NCBI GenBank assembly: GCA_963708075.1
Contig: OY970194.1
Coordinates: 736,001-800,000 of the forward strand
DNA from: Sedimentisphaerales bacterium
GTDB taxonomy: Bacteria > Planctomycetota > Phycisphaerae > Sedimentisphaerales > Anaerobacaceae
Length of the DNA stretch: 64,000 nucleotides
Reading direction: 5' to 3'
Part shown: positions 49,300 through 58,161 of the stretch, one piece after another
Layout of the letters: the number at the start of each line of letters is the position of its first letter
Numbering within the stretch: the stretch's first letter is position 1
Translations under genes and position numbers: made by a program
Notes under the pieces: generated by a model
The model's input: only the letters and a program-made list of their open reading frames with translations
Databases searched by the model: none
What the model was told of the DNA's origin: nothing

Positions 49300-50649
49300 A
49301 TGGAAAATCTTCTCAAGAGCACCAATCTCATCCGCAGGGCGTACTGGCTGGTTCAACTCCGATGGGTGGCCATCGGGGTCGTGGTCGGCAGCACATTCAT
49401 CGCCCGAAAGCTCATGGGTGTGTCTCTTCCCGCCTCAACGCTCTACATTATCTCGGCCCTGCTGCTGGTCTATAATTTCATTCTCTATGACCTGCTCAGA
49501 TACTGGACCCGGAACAATCGGGAGCCTTCGCCGACGAGGATCGGTGGCATTCTGACATTCCAGATCTCCGCAGATCTGCTGATCCTGGCGGCGGTGCTGC
49601 ACTTCTCCGGAGGCATTGAGAATCCATTCTCATTCTTCTTCGTATTCCACATGATCATCGCCAGCATCCTGCGTTCCCGGTGGCAGAGTTATTTACAGGC
49701 GACGCTGGCGGTGATTCTCTTTGGAGGCCTGGCGGCCCTGGAGGGTACAGGTGTCATCCGGCATTACGATCTGAGCGGTTTCGCCGGACGCGGCCTGTAC
49801 GCCAATGGAACGTTCGTCATGGGCTTCCTGTTCATCTTCGCTGCCACGCTGTACCTCGTGGTCTACATGACCACGTCGATCAGCGAGCAGCTCCGTACGC
49901 AGCAGGACGACCTGCAGGAGGCCAACAATCTGTTGGAGGAAAAGGATCAGGTCAAGAACGAGTACGTATTGCGCGTAACTCACGATATCAAGGGACATCT
50001 GGCGGCGATCGAGAGCTGCCTGGGGGTTGTCTACAATGGGATGCTGGGGCCTCTGAACGAGAAGCAGAAGGACATGGTGGAGCGGGCCTATCGGCGGACG
50101 ACGAAGTGTATGGACTTCATCATGGCCCTGCTGAAGTTGACGCGGATGAAATTGAGCGGGCAGTTGGAGATGGAGCGGTTCTCGTTGAGGAACTGCGTGC
50201 TCAACTCGCTGGCGTTAGTCCAGAACAAGGCCCAGGCCAAGTCCATAGCGGTGAATCATCGGATCGATCCGGCTGTCGATGAAGTGGTCGGCGAAGCCGT
50301 GCTCATTGAAGAAACCATTACCAACATGCTCTTCAACTCGGTGAAATACACGCCTGACGGCGGCCGAGTGGATATGGATGTCAGACAGGACGGCGGGTTC
50401 GTTCACGTGAGGATCGCCGACACGGGGATCGGGGTTCCGCCGGCCGACATGCCGCGGATCTTCGAGGAATTCTACAGGGCCGAGAACGCTCGGGCCATCG
50501 AGCGGGATGGGACCGGTCTGGGGCTGGCGTTTGCGAAGCAGGTGGTGGAGAGGCATGGGGGCCGGATGTGGGTGGAGAACAATCCTGGCGGGGGCAGTAT
50601 CTTCACGTTCACGTTGCCGAATCACTCGACCGGGCCGGGTGTCGGGTGA
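49300..50649 (+). CDS. Membrane sensor histidine kinase, RegB/PrrB-like; paralog of 9562-10920
   Basis: LVQLRWVA, SGGIENPF, THDIKGHLAAIESC, NSVKYT, DTGIG, IFEEFYR, GTGLGL. Confidence 0.93.
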   Translation: MENLLKSTNLIRRAYWLVQLRWVAIGVVVGSTFIARKLMGVSLPASTLYIISALLLVYNFILYDLLRYWTRNNREPSPTRIGGILTFQISADLLILAAVLHFSGGIENPFSFFFVFHMIIASILRSRWQSYLQATLAVILFGGLAALEGTGVIRHYDLSGFAGRGLYANGTFVMGFLFIFAATLYLVVYMTTSISEQLRTQQDDLQEANNLLEEKDQVKNEYVLRVTHDIKGHLAAIESCLGVVYNGMLGPLNEKQKDMVERAYRRTTKCMDFIMALLKLTRMKLSGQLEMERFSLRNCVLNSLALVQNKAQAKSIAVNHRIDPAVDEVVGEAVLIEETITNMLFNSVKYTPDGGRVDMDVRQDGGFVHVRIADTGIGVPPADMPRIFEEFYRAENARAIERDGTGLGLAFAKQVVERHGGRMWVENNPGGGSIFTFTLPNHSTGPGVG

Positions 50650-53348
50650 GGCGTGCGGTGGGACGTGTGATAGTAGAGGAATCGCCAGAAGGTTTCGAAC
50701 CCGTGGCAATCGACGCAGAGCCCTCTACGTGCGGTGTTCCTTAGAAACACCCCTTGAGGCAGAGATGTCCCGCTTTCGCTTTCGGTGGCTTTCGCGCCGG
50801 CATGCAGGTCATGGCAGGTGGGGCAGGAAATGACGCCGGTGCGCGATCGTTCGCCCGCCTCGCTGAAGGTTGGCATATAGTCCGGATGATCAGGCGAGAA
50901 GCGATTCGTGATCGCCACCTCGGGATGGCCGGCATGTTCGGGAACTCGGTCCTCCGCACATCCATCCTTGCGATGGCAGCAGGCGCAATATTCGCTGCCA
51001 AATTTGTGCTCCGATGCGGAGTCCTGCGCCCAGGTCTTCTGCTCTTTGGACGTGGGATGAACCAGATGGCAGGAGCTGCATGGCCCGGATTCCGCAGCGG
51101 TTTCACCTCGCACGTTGCGTATCTCGGGCGCCGATTGTCTCAGGTCGTGCGATGAGTTGACGATCGCGCCGAGTCTCGCGTGGCAGACGAGGCACAAACT
51201 CGAATCCTGCCTTGGGGTCCTGAGCAGCAGCGGGTCCTGCTCCTTCTTATGAATGTCGTGGCAGGTGTTGCAGTTGATTACGGACTTCGCGCTACGAGTG
51301 GGCAGAATCCCGTTAGCATCCGTCATCTGATTCAACACGTTGCCGAGAGGTTTCCCCACATGCGGGGTGTCCATTGCCGGGGCGATTCCACCTTCCTGAT
51401 GGCAGACCTCGCAGGACTGTTCGTGAGCGCTATTACCCGGGACCGACGCCCAGATGCCATGTTGCCCGCTTGGGCCGTGGATCGGATGGCAATCGACACA
51501 GATCCCCTTGGAGGCGAGACCAAGCTTCTTGCCCCATTCGCTCGCAACGGGATCATGCACGGAACCCTGTACATCCTGCTTGTCTTTGTGGCATTCGGTG
51601 CACAAGTTTTCAGCGGTACGGCGTAGCAGTGCTGCGGTGGTCTTGCTCTTGTGCGGATCATGGCAGGCGATGCAACCAGCCTTGTGGTCATTCGAATCCG
51701 CAATCTGCAATCCGAAATCCGAAATCGAGAGCGGATGTCGCGTCTCCTGCGGCTCCTTCACGGCGTTCGTTCTGTGACAGGCATCGCAAGGGTTGGTTGC
51801 GGACCCGGCGGGGGCATCGGCCGAGACTCGTGCCCAGAGATGAGGGCCTCGGGCGCTATGAGTCGTGTGGCATGCCCGGCAGGCGCCGGCGGAAGAATGC
51901 AGGCCAAGCGACTGGCGCACGGCAGGGGCAAAGTCGGCAGGATCGTGAGGACCCTGCAAGGACTCCGCCATTTCATCGTGGCAGAGAACGCAGAGCTGCG
52001 AGCCTTCCCGCCGCAGGAACGAGCGGGGGGGCTGGCCTGAATTCGGCGGCTCCTCAATCGGTCCTGCGGGATCAGCAGGTTTCTCAGTTGCGATTTCCGG
52101 CGTACGCGGGGTATGAGGATCATGGCACGTCAGGCAGCCGATACTGCCGGTGGCCTCATCCAGGGGCAGCGGGACGGATTTGCCCTCTGGCAGCGGGACT
52201 CCGACAGGATGTGCCTCCACGTACGGCCGGTTGACGGACCCGGGGCCTCCGGCCTTGTGGCACTCCATGCATCCGGAGCTGTGCGGCGAGTTCACGTCCG
52301 GCACATCTCTCGCCCAGCCGTGGATGCGATGACAGGCCCCGCACGGGCCGGATAGCGTTGGTGCTTCACCGCCGGCGTTCACCGTCTGCGGAGAGCTCAC
52401 GCGGAGATCGTGAGGGGAGCCGATGACCGCCTTCTCCTTCTCGTGGCACTCAAGGCAAAGGGAACTGTCATGGTTCTTGTGAATCAGCAGCGGCCAGGCG
52501 CCTGATGCGTCATGGAGGCGATGACAGGAGAGACAGGTAAGCTCACCGCCCGGGCCAAACGTGGCTTTCTCGTTGAGCAGGGTTGCCGGAGGCTGAAACC
52601 CCGGATACGTGTGGCCAATCCTGTGTACCGGCGTGCCAGCCTTGGACGTCGCATCGGGACTCTTGCCGGGGTGACATTCGGTGCACAGTTGCGATGGCGG
52701 CAGGACCAGCATCCAGGCGTTTCTTGCCCCATGCGGCTCGTGGCACGTCTGGCAGATGATCGTGCGACCATCCGCGGAGGTCTTGCCCCCGGCGTCGAGA
52801 ATCGCCTGGGGAATGGGAGAGTCGATCTGCCCGAGCGGATGATGGCGCTCGTCCTTCTGTGCGTGGTCAGCGTGGCAGGCCAGGCAGAGCGACGAATCGA
52901 CATTTGGCTGGCGAAGGAAGATCACCGTCGCGAGATCGGAATTGTCGGGTATCGCGTGCGCCGTGTGGCACGTGGCACAAGTCATGTGTCCCTCGGCATC
53001 GAGAGGAAACTTGTCCGTGGGAATCCGCACTGCCGGAGAGGGAACATGGTCGGTGGTGTGATGACGGGTCGACCAGACTGTGAAACGCGAGTCCGCGACG
53101 GAGCCATCATGGCAGGAAAGGCACATGTCGCCACTGCCGGCCTGGCGGTCGAGAATCGCTTGCATGCGATCTCCCTGTGCATCGCCTCTCTCAAAGGCTT
53201 CCACCCACCGGATATGACAGATGGCACACTCCCTGCTTGAATTGCGTATGACCTCCCGGCCCGGAAGGGATTGGGCCGCTGCCAGCATGAGAAGCAGGAT
53301 GACGCCGCATCGCTGCATGAATCCCGGCGGCAATCTCTGCGTGCACAT
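50622..53348 (-). CDS. 24-heme c-type cytochrome (paired CxxCH repeats)
   Basis: Signal peptide after ATG 53348. I counted 24 CxxCH motifs, mostly as CxxCHxxH...LCxxCH doublets. Confidence 0.93.
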   Translation of the reverse strand: MCTQRLPPGFMQRCGVILLLMLAAAQSLPGREVIRNSSRECAICHIRWVEAFERGDAQGDRMQAILDRQAGSGDMCLSCHDGSVADSRFTVWSTRHHTTDHVPSPAVRIPTDKFPLDAEGHMTCATCHTAHAIPDNSDLATVIFLRQPNVDSSLCLACHADHAQKDERHHPLGQIDSPIPQAILDAGGKTSADGRTIICQTCHEPHGARNAWMLVLPPSQLCTECHPGKSPDATSKAGTPVHRIGHTYPGFQPPATLLNEKATFGPGGELTCLSCHRLHDASGAWPLLIHKNHDSSLCLECHEKEKAVIGSPHDLRVSSPQTVNAGGEAPTLSGPCGACHRIHGWARDVPDVNSPHSSGCMECHKAGGPGSVNRPYVEAHPVGVPLPEGKSVPLPLDEATGSIGCLTCHDPHTPRTPEIATEKPADPAGPIEEPPNSGQPPRSFLRREGSQLCVLCHDEMAESLQGPHDPADFAPAVRQSLGLHSSAGACRACHTTHSARGPHLWARVSADAPAGSATNPCDACHRTNAVKEPQETRHPLSISDFGLQIADSNDHKAGCIACHDPHKSKTTAALLRRTAENLCTECHKDKQDVQGSVHDPVASEWGKKLGLASKGICVDCHPIHGPSGQHGIWASVPGNSAHEQSCEVCHQEGGIAPAMDTPHVGKPLGNVLNQMTDANGILPTRSAKSVINCNTCHDIHKKEQDPLLLRTPRQDSSLCLVCHARLGAIVNSSHDLRQSAPEIRNVRGETAAESGPCSSCHLVHPTSKEQKTWAQDSASEHKFGSEYCACCHRKDGCAEDRVPEHAGHPEVAITNRFSPDHPDYMPTFSEAGERSRTGVISCPTCHDLHAGAKATESESGTSLPQGVFLRNTARRGLCVDCHGFETFWRFLYYHTSHRTPHPTPGPVE
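51694..51728. repeat. Tandem heptamer array inside the 24-heme cytochrome gene
   Basis: GAATCCG CAATCTG CAATCCG AAATCCG AAATCGA, translated as SISDFGLQIADS between hemes 14 and 15. Confidence 0.75.
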
Positions 53349-53352
53349 CCCG

Positions 53353-54342
53353 CTACTCCAAATCCATTCGGCAGACGCGGTCCGCCTTGAGCTCAACGAC
53401 GTAAAGGCGTTTGCGCTTGGCGTCCATCGTGATTCCGGTAGGCGTGGTGAACTTGATCGGAGCCCCCTCATGGTCCGCCAGCGCGCCGAGGAAATTCCCC
53501 TTCAGGTCGAATACCTGGACGCGACCGAGGTAACTGTCGGTCACGAACACCTGATCTTGGCAAATCGTGACGCCCTTGGGACGGAACAACTGTCCCGGCT
53601 TGACCCCCCAATCTCCAATGAAGCCGACGAATTTGCCGGCGGCGTTAATGATCTGGACCCGAGTGTTGATCGGCTCGACCACGAGGACGTAGCCGTCAGC
53701 GTTGACGTCGATCAGGAATGGAAATCGGAATTGCCGACGACCCTGCCCGGGGTCGCCCCAATCCTCCTCGAAGCGGCGGCCGGCGAGACTGTAGATGCAG
53801 AGCCTGTGGTTGTCATTATCGGCGATGTAGAGCCGTGCCCGTGCCAGGTCCGCGGCCACATCGGTCGGGTCCGGAGGCGCACTCATGCCGGTCGTTGGCA
53901 ACTGGATGGCTTCCAGCACTTTGCCGTCCGGGGCGAAGACCTGGAAGCGATGGTTCCCGGAATCAGCAACGTACACTTTGCCGTCCCCGTCTGTCGCGAT
54001 GCCGAGGGGGAAGAGGAATTGGCCGGGCTCGCTGCCTTGACTGCCGAAGATGAATCGGAAGGCACCATTGGGGTCGTATGCAACTGCCCGGTGGTGCACT
54101 CCATCGAGGACATACAAAGTGCCGTCCGGCCCGACGGCGGCGTCGCTCGGCATGGTGAAGGGGTCGCCGTTCGGGCCGACGATTTCCGTCGTCGCCCGCA
54201 CACGTACAGACGTCGGACTACTCTTCGGCTGGACTTCTTTCTGGGCCGGGAGAGCGACCGCCGTGAAGCCGAGGATAACCGCCAGAATCACTTCTCCACG
54301 GTTTCGTCCTCCGCTGACCCAACCGCACTTACGGGACGTCAT
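53353..54342 (-). CDS. Secreted NHL-repeat beta-propeller protein
   Basis: Repeated FxxPxGIAxDxxGxVYVADSGNHRxQVF units and an N-terminal hydrophobic signal. Start at ATG 54342. Confidence 0.9.
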   Translation of the reverse strand: MTSRKCGWVSGGRNRGEVILAVILGFTAVALPAQKEVQPKSSPTSVRVRATTEIVGPNGDPFTMPSDAAVGPDGTLYVLDGVHHRAVAYDPNGAFRFIFGSQGSEPGQFLFPLGIATDGDGKVYVADSGNHRFQVFAPDGKVLEAIQLPTTGMSAPPDPTDVAADLARARLYIADNDNHRLCIYSLAGRRFEEDWGDPGQGRRQFRFPFLIDVNADGYVLVVEPINTRVQIINAAGKFVGFIGDWGVKPGQLFRPKGVTICQDQVFVTDSYLGRVQVFDLKGNFLGALADHEGAPIKFTTPTGITMDAKRKRLYVVELKADRVCRMDLE

Positions 54343-55209
54343 TTGGCTTCGCTTCCCCCGTCCCCGGCTGCGCCGGCTCAGCAGGCTTAAGCAGGCTGGG
54401 CATGTGAAATGTTTCATAACGTGCGACGAGATCTGCCACCTCGGCACTCATGAGGAAAGCGGCCCGGTCCTTTGTGTATCCCAGCGAGGTATAGGGAAGG
54501 AACGCCTTCTGCTGGCTGTGGCAGTCGCTGCAGCGGACAGGTGTTTCAATGCAGCGTCTGTGAATGAATTCGTTGGCAAGCACCTTCTGTTGATCGCTCA
54601 GCTTGTCCCGTCGCTTGAAGTACTCGACAGCGAACGCCTCCTCCTCCTCAAAAGTCACCGGTCGGGGGTCGCCTTCGGAGTCCTTCAGCGGGACGATCTT
54701 CGCGCCGTACTCGCCCCAGAGCTGTTCCGACATATCCGGGCTTGGGCACAACTGCCCGTCGGCGATGTTCGACCATGCGAAACGAGCAGGCGCAAGGTCT
54801 CCTTCTCCCGGACGTGGCAAACCTGGCAGGAAATGAACAGGTTGTGCATATTGAGAAACGCGCGCACCTGGGGACTGTTGGAGTGAGGCGTCTGACCATG
54901 ACACTTGATGCAGAAGTTGTATTTGTCGGCCTCGTACCAGCGGCCAATGTGGTGGAAATGGCCGGGCAGTCTCGGCTCCAGCAACTCCCACTCCCCGAGA
55001 TACCGCACGATCTTCTTCTCCGTGAGCGCCACGACGCTGTCGAAGATTTCCATTTGGGCAACTTGCGTGTCCCTGCCGGCCAGCGGGTCGCCCAGCGTTC
55101 CGACGAGGAACTTGGTCAGCCAGACGGCCGCGATGGCCAGGAGCACGCCCCAGAACCCAACGTATAGGGCCAACAGCAGCTTTTTCGAGAGGCTTGGTTT
55201 GTGACTCAT
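54329..55209 (-). CDS. Membrane-anchored triheme c cytochrome; apparent frameshift near 54803
   Basis: N-terminal TM helix, CIKCH, CQVCH. Adding one base in GAAGGAGAC joins GDLAPARFAW...CSDCH...ETFHMPSLL. Confidence 0.82.
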
Positions 55210-57065
55210 GACACTGCCTCCTGGGCCGCAATGAGACCGTTCAACTCATCCCCGTGTTCCTCCGCCAGGACCCGCGGCGAGATCTTCCCGTTGAGCACCA
55301 TGCCGGACAGCGGCGACAATCCTGGTCTTCCGAGAATTCCCGGGATGTGTACGAGAGTGATATGCGCGACGGCCAGAAGCGACTCGTATGTGTGGGCCAG
55401 ATACGCGATGTTCAGCAGCCAGCCCGGGAACAGGCGGCTCGACAAGCTCTCGGCCCACAGGAGGATCCCTGTGATGCCCAGGAGCCCGATACCCCAGAAT
55501 AGTCCGAGATATTCAAGCTTCTCCTTCCAGCAGAACCGGCCGTGGTTGGGCCGCTTGGGACTGAGGAAAAAGACGTACTTCACTAGCGCGATCAGATCGC
55601 CCAGGTCGCGGCGTTGGGGGATCATCGGCAAGACCAGCACTCGTCGGATGAAGACCCTGAGGCCCCGCCTGTTATCGCGCCGCATGGAGCGCCGGACGTT
55701 CCAGAGAATCATGCCCACGTGAAAGCCAAACCCGACCAGCATCGCCACACCCGCAATGCGATGAATGATCGGTGCGACGTGGATCCCGCCGAAAAGGTCG
55801 TAGAGCGCCGGCGCCCACGACGCCTGCGGGAATTTCATGGGGAATCCGGTCAGGCACAGGACCACGAAAAGGATGACCAGAGACGCATGCTGTATCTGGT
55901 GTCCGCGCGTGAAGCGGCGGATTCCGCACTCTGCGGCCGCCTTCCTCTCAGCCAGTTCCAGAAGATGCTCGATTTCCTTCTCCGCCTGCCGGCTTGGGAA
56001 CAACTCGCGGATCAGGCCGAGCACGTTGAGCGTCAGGATGGGCAGCAGGATACCGAGAGTTGCCAACACGAAGAATAGCGCGACAGCAAACTCGAGCGGG
56101 TGGGTCCGGGGATTGCGAGTGGCATGAACGTCAAAGGATGCCAGCGCCGGCGTGGCGGAATCATGGCAATCCTGTGTGCTGCAGGTGGCGGAGCGATTGG
56201 CGGAATGGACCGAGGAGCGAGGGTCCGTCCTGGAGTGCATCTCGTGCACGCTGTCTTCCCTGGCGTGACAATCCAGGCAATCGGGCGCCATGGCCGAGCC
56301 AAGCAGGACGGCTTTTCCATGGTAGGTCTCCAGGTAGCTGGAGACCACGTCCGGCAGCCCGTGGCGCTTGGTAAAAGCGGCATCTGCATGGCAACTGGCG
56401 CACATGGCAACCACCTCGCGCGAATCGCGGGCCTTGTGCAGACGCGTCGTCACGTGAGAGTAGAAGTATCGCACGAAGTTCTCATCCGTGTGGCACAGGG
56501 TGCAGCGATTGATGGCATGCTCCGAAACGCCGGCACGCATCTTCTTGAAGATCGATATGGGCCGGAACAGAGGGATGTCGTGGCAGTCTTTACACTGAGG
56601 AAAGTCCTCCAAATTTGCATGCGGCACGCCATTGGCATCCATCGGCGCGTGCACGCTTTCCTTCAGGGCTGTTTCCACTTTCGTATGAGTGAACAGAATC
56701 TCGCGGGTGGGCTCCTCAATGTGACACTCGCGCAGGCAGTTCACCGGCTTGGCATTGTCATGCGGTATTTCCTCGATATCCGCGTGGCAGCCCGTACAGG
56801 CAACGCGTGCATGCGGTCCCCGATTGAAGAGCGTCTCGTCCACATAGAAGAGGCGATAGGTGCCTTGCTTGTCCACGCGTGCCAGCCCCCGGAACCGGTG
56901 GCACATGAGACAATTCTCCGGGTCCGCGGCGCGCAGCGGCTGCGACGACATCAGGACCAGTATGAGTGCAAACAAGGCCACCGCGGTCTGCCGGCTGCAC
57001 TTCATCGAGTCCCCTGGAGGACTCACGGCGTCGCTGGGTTGGTTCAACATGGATGACTGCTTCAT
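55206..57065 (-). CDS. Multiheme c / cytochrome b fusion (CbcL-like quinol oxidoreductase)
   Basis: 6 CxxCH plus CLRECH and CSTQDCH, followed by a TM helix and an FdnI/HydC-like cytochrome b domain (RFTRGHQIQH...LTGFP, IHRIAG, EKLEYLGLFWG, AHTYESLLA...VH). GAGGT RBS before ATG 57065. Confidence 0.9.
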   Translation of the reverse strand: MKQSSMLNQPSDAVSPPGDSMKCSRQTAVALFALILVLMSSQPLRAADPENCLMCHRFRGLARVDKQGTYRLFYVDETLFNRGPHARVACTGCHADIEEIPHDNAKPVNCLRECHIEEPTREILFTHTKVETALKESVHAPMDANGVPHANLEDFPQCKDCHDIPLFRPISIFKKMRAGVSEHAINRCTLCHTDENFVRYFYSHVTTRLHKARDSREVVAMCASCHADAAFTKRHGLPDVVSSYLETYHGKAVLLGSAMAPDCLDCHAREDSVHEMHSRTDPRSSVHSANRSATCSTQDCHDSATPALASFDVHATRNPRTHPLEFAVALFFVLATLGILLPILTLNVLGLIRELFPSRQAEKEIEHLLELAERKAAAECGIRRFTRGHQIQHASLVILFVVLCLTGFPMKFPQASWAPALYDLFGGIHVAPIIHRIAGVAMLVGFGFHVGMILWNVRRSMRRDNRRGLRVFIRRVLVLPMIPQRRDLGDLIALVKYVFFLSPKRPNHGRFCWKEKLEYLGLFWGIGLLGITGILLWAESLSSRLFPGWLLNIAYLAHTYESLLAVAHITLVHIPGILGRPGLSPLSGMVLNGKISPRVLAEEHGDELNGLIAAQEAVS

Positions 57066-57073
57066 GGAATACC

Positions 57074-58159
57074 TCACTTATCGTGACACACGACGCAGAC
57101 TTTGCCTTCGCGAGCTCGCAGTCGATGCATTGCGGCCTGTTTCGGCTCGGCACCGAGGGAGCGAGGGTTCGCATCCGGCAGGAGTCCTTTTTCGTGGGGA
57201 TTGTGGCAGGTGTAACACGCGATGCGGCCATTCTCATCGAAGGGGATGGCACGGGGGGCTCGCCGCACGGTACTGGTGTACTTCAGTCGCTGCTCGAACG
57301 ACAACCGCAGCTTTGGCTGCAACTCGTAAGCGGAAATGTGCCACAGCAATTCCGCCGGAGGAGTTGTCCCCATGTGCGAGTGGGTGGGGTGATTTTTGAC
57401 CATCGGATGGCAGTTCAAACAGACCTCGGACGACTTGTCCCGCAGCGTGTGGGGCGCTGCCTCCTCCTGGTAAAAGTTCACGTCCGGCACATCGGCATGA
57501 CACCAGACGCACGTGTCCGTCTTGGCCCGCTTGGCTTCCACTTGGTCGTGAGCATTGAAGGGGCGACAGTCCTCCGATGCATGGCAGTGCGAGCAGAACA
57601 CCATGGGGTTGGATGCCTGCCACCCCCGCAAGAGATAATGACGGGGCGTAGAGTCAGGCGGATCGGCCTTGCAGTCACGGCTCACGTCGTGGCAGGTCAG
57701 GCAGCCGAGCCGCCCATCCTGGAGGGGGAATTCGGGCAGCATTCGTCCAGCGATTGCGGTGCTTGGTGTCAAATTCACCGGGTGAACCTCGCGACTAGCA
57801 CGCCGCCCGTCATGGCACGATTCGCACAGTTGTACCACATCCCCATCGAAGTGCAGATTGCCCCCTGTGGCGGACGCGTGACACGCCACGCATAGCGAGG
57901 AGTCTCCGTGGGGATTCTCAAGGGCGAGTTTTTCCTCTACGCCTGTGGAGATCGACCTGATGGCAAGCACTATTATCAATGCGAGAGTTATCCATGAGCC
58001 GCGACGGGAGATGATAGTCGAGGATTTTCCTGTGGATTCAAACAGACGCGGCAATCCCGGTGTCTCACAGGATTGCCGCGTATTGTAAGCGACTGAATTT
58101 GCTACGGTTACTCCACTATTAACCACATTCTTCTTTACCTGCTTCAGTGGATGCGGCAA
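57074..58159 (-). CDS. Octaheme c-type cytochrome (start uncertain)
   Basis: 8 CxxCH motifs (CVACH, CESCH, CLTCH, CSHCH, CVWCH, CLNCH, CYTCH, CVVCH) after a hydrophobic segment. The 5' 130 nt are AT-rich and may be non-coding. Confidence 0.85.
   Translation of the reverse strand: MPHPLKQVKKNVVNSGVTVANSVAYNTRQSCETPGLPRLFESTGKSSTIISRRGSWITLALIIVLAIRSISTGVEEKLALENPHGDSSLCVACHASATGGNLHFDGDVVQLCESCHDGRRASREVHPVNLTPSTAIAGRMLPEFPLQDGRLGCLTCHDVSRDCKADPPDSTPRHYLLRGWQASNPMVFCSHCHASEDCRPFNAHDQVEAKRAKTDTCVWCHADVPDVNFYQEEAAPHTLRDKSSEVCLNCHPMVKNHPTHSHMGTTPPAELLWHISAYELQPKLRLSFEQRLKYTSTVRRAPRAIPFDENGRIACYTCHNPHEKGLLPDANPRSLGAEPKQAAMHRLRAREGKVCVVCHDK
58046..58081 (-). terminator. GC-rich hairpin downstream of the OmcB-like gene (partial terminator or mRNA stabiliser)
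   Basis: Perfect 12-bp stem ACGCGGCAATCC / GGATTGCCGCGT with a 12-nt loop, followed by CTGTTTG on the minus strand. Confidence 0.55.
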
Positions 58160-58161
58160 GG

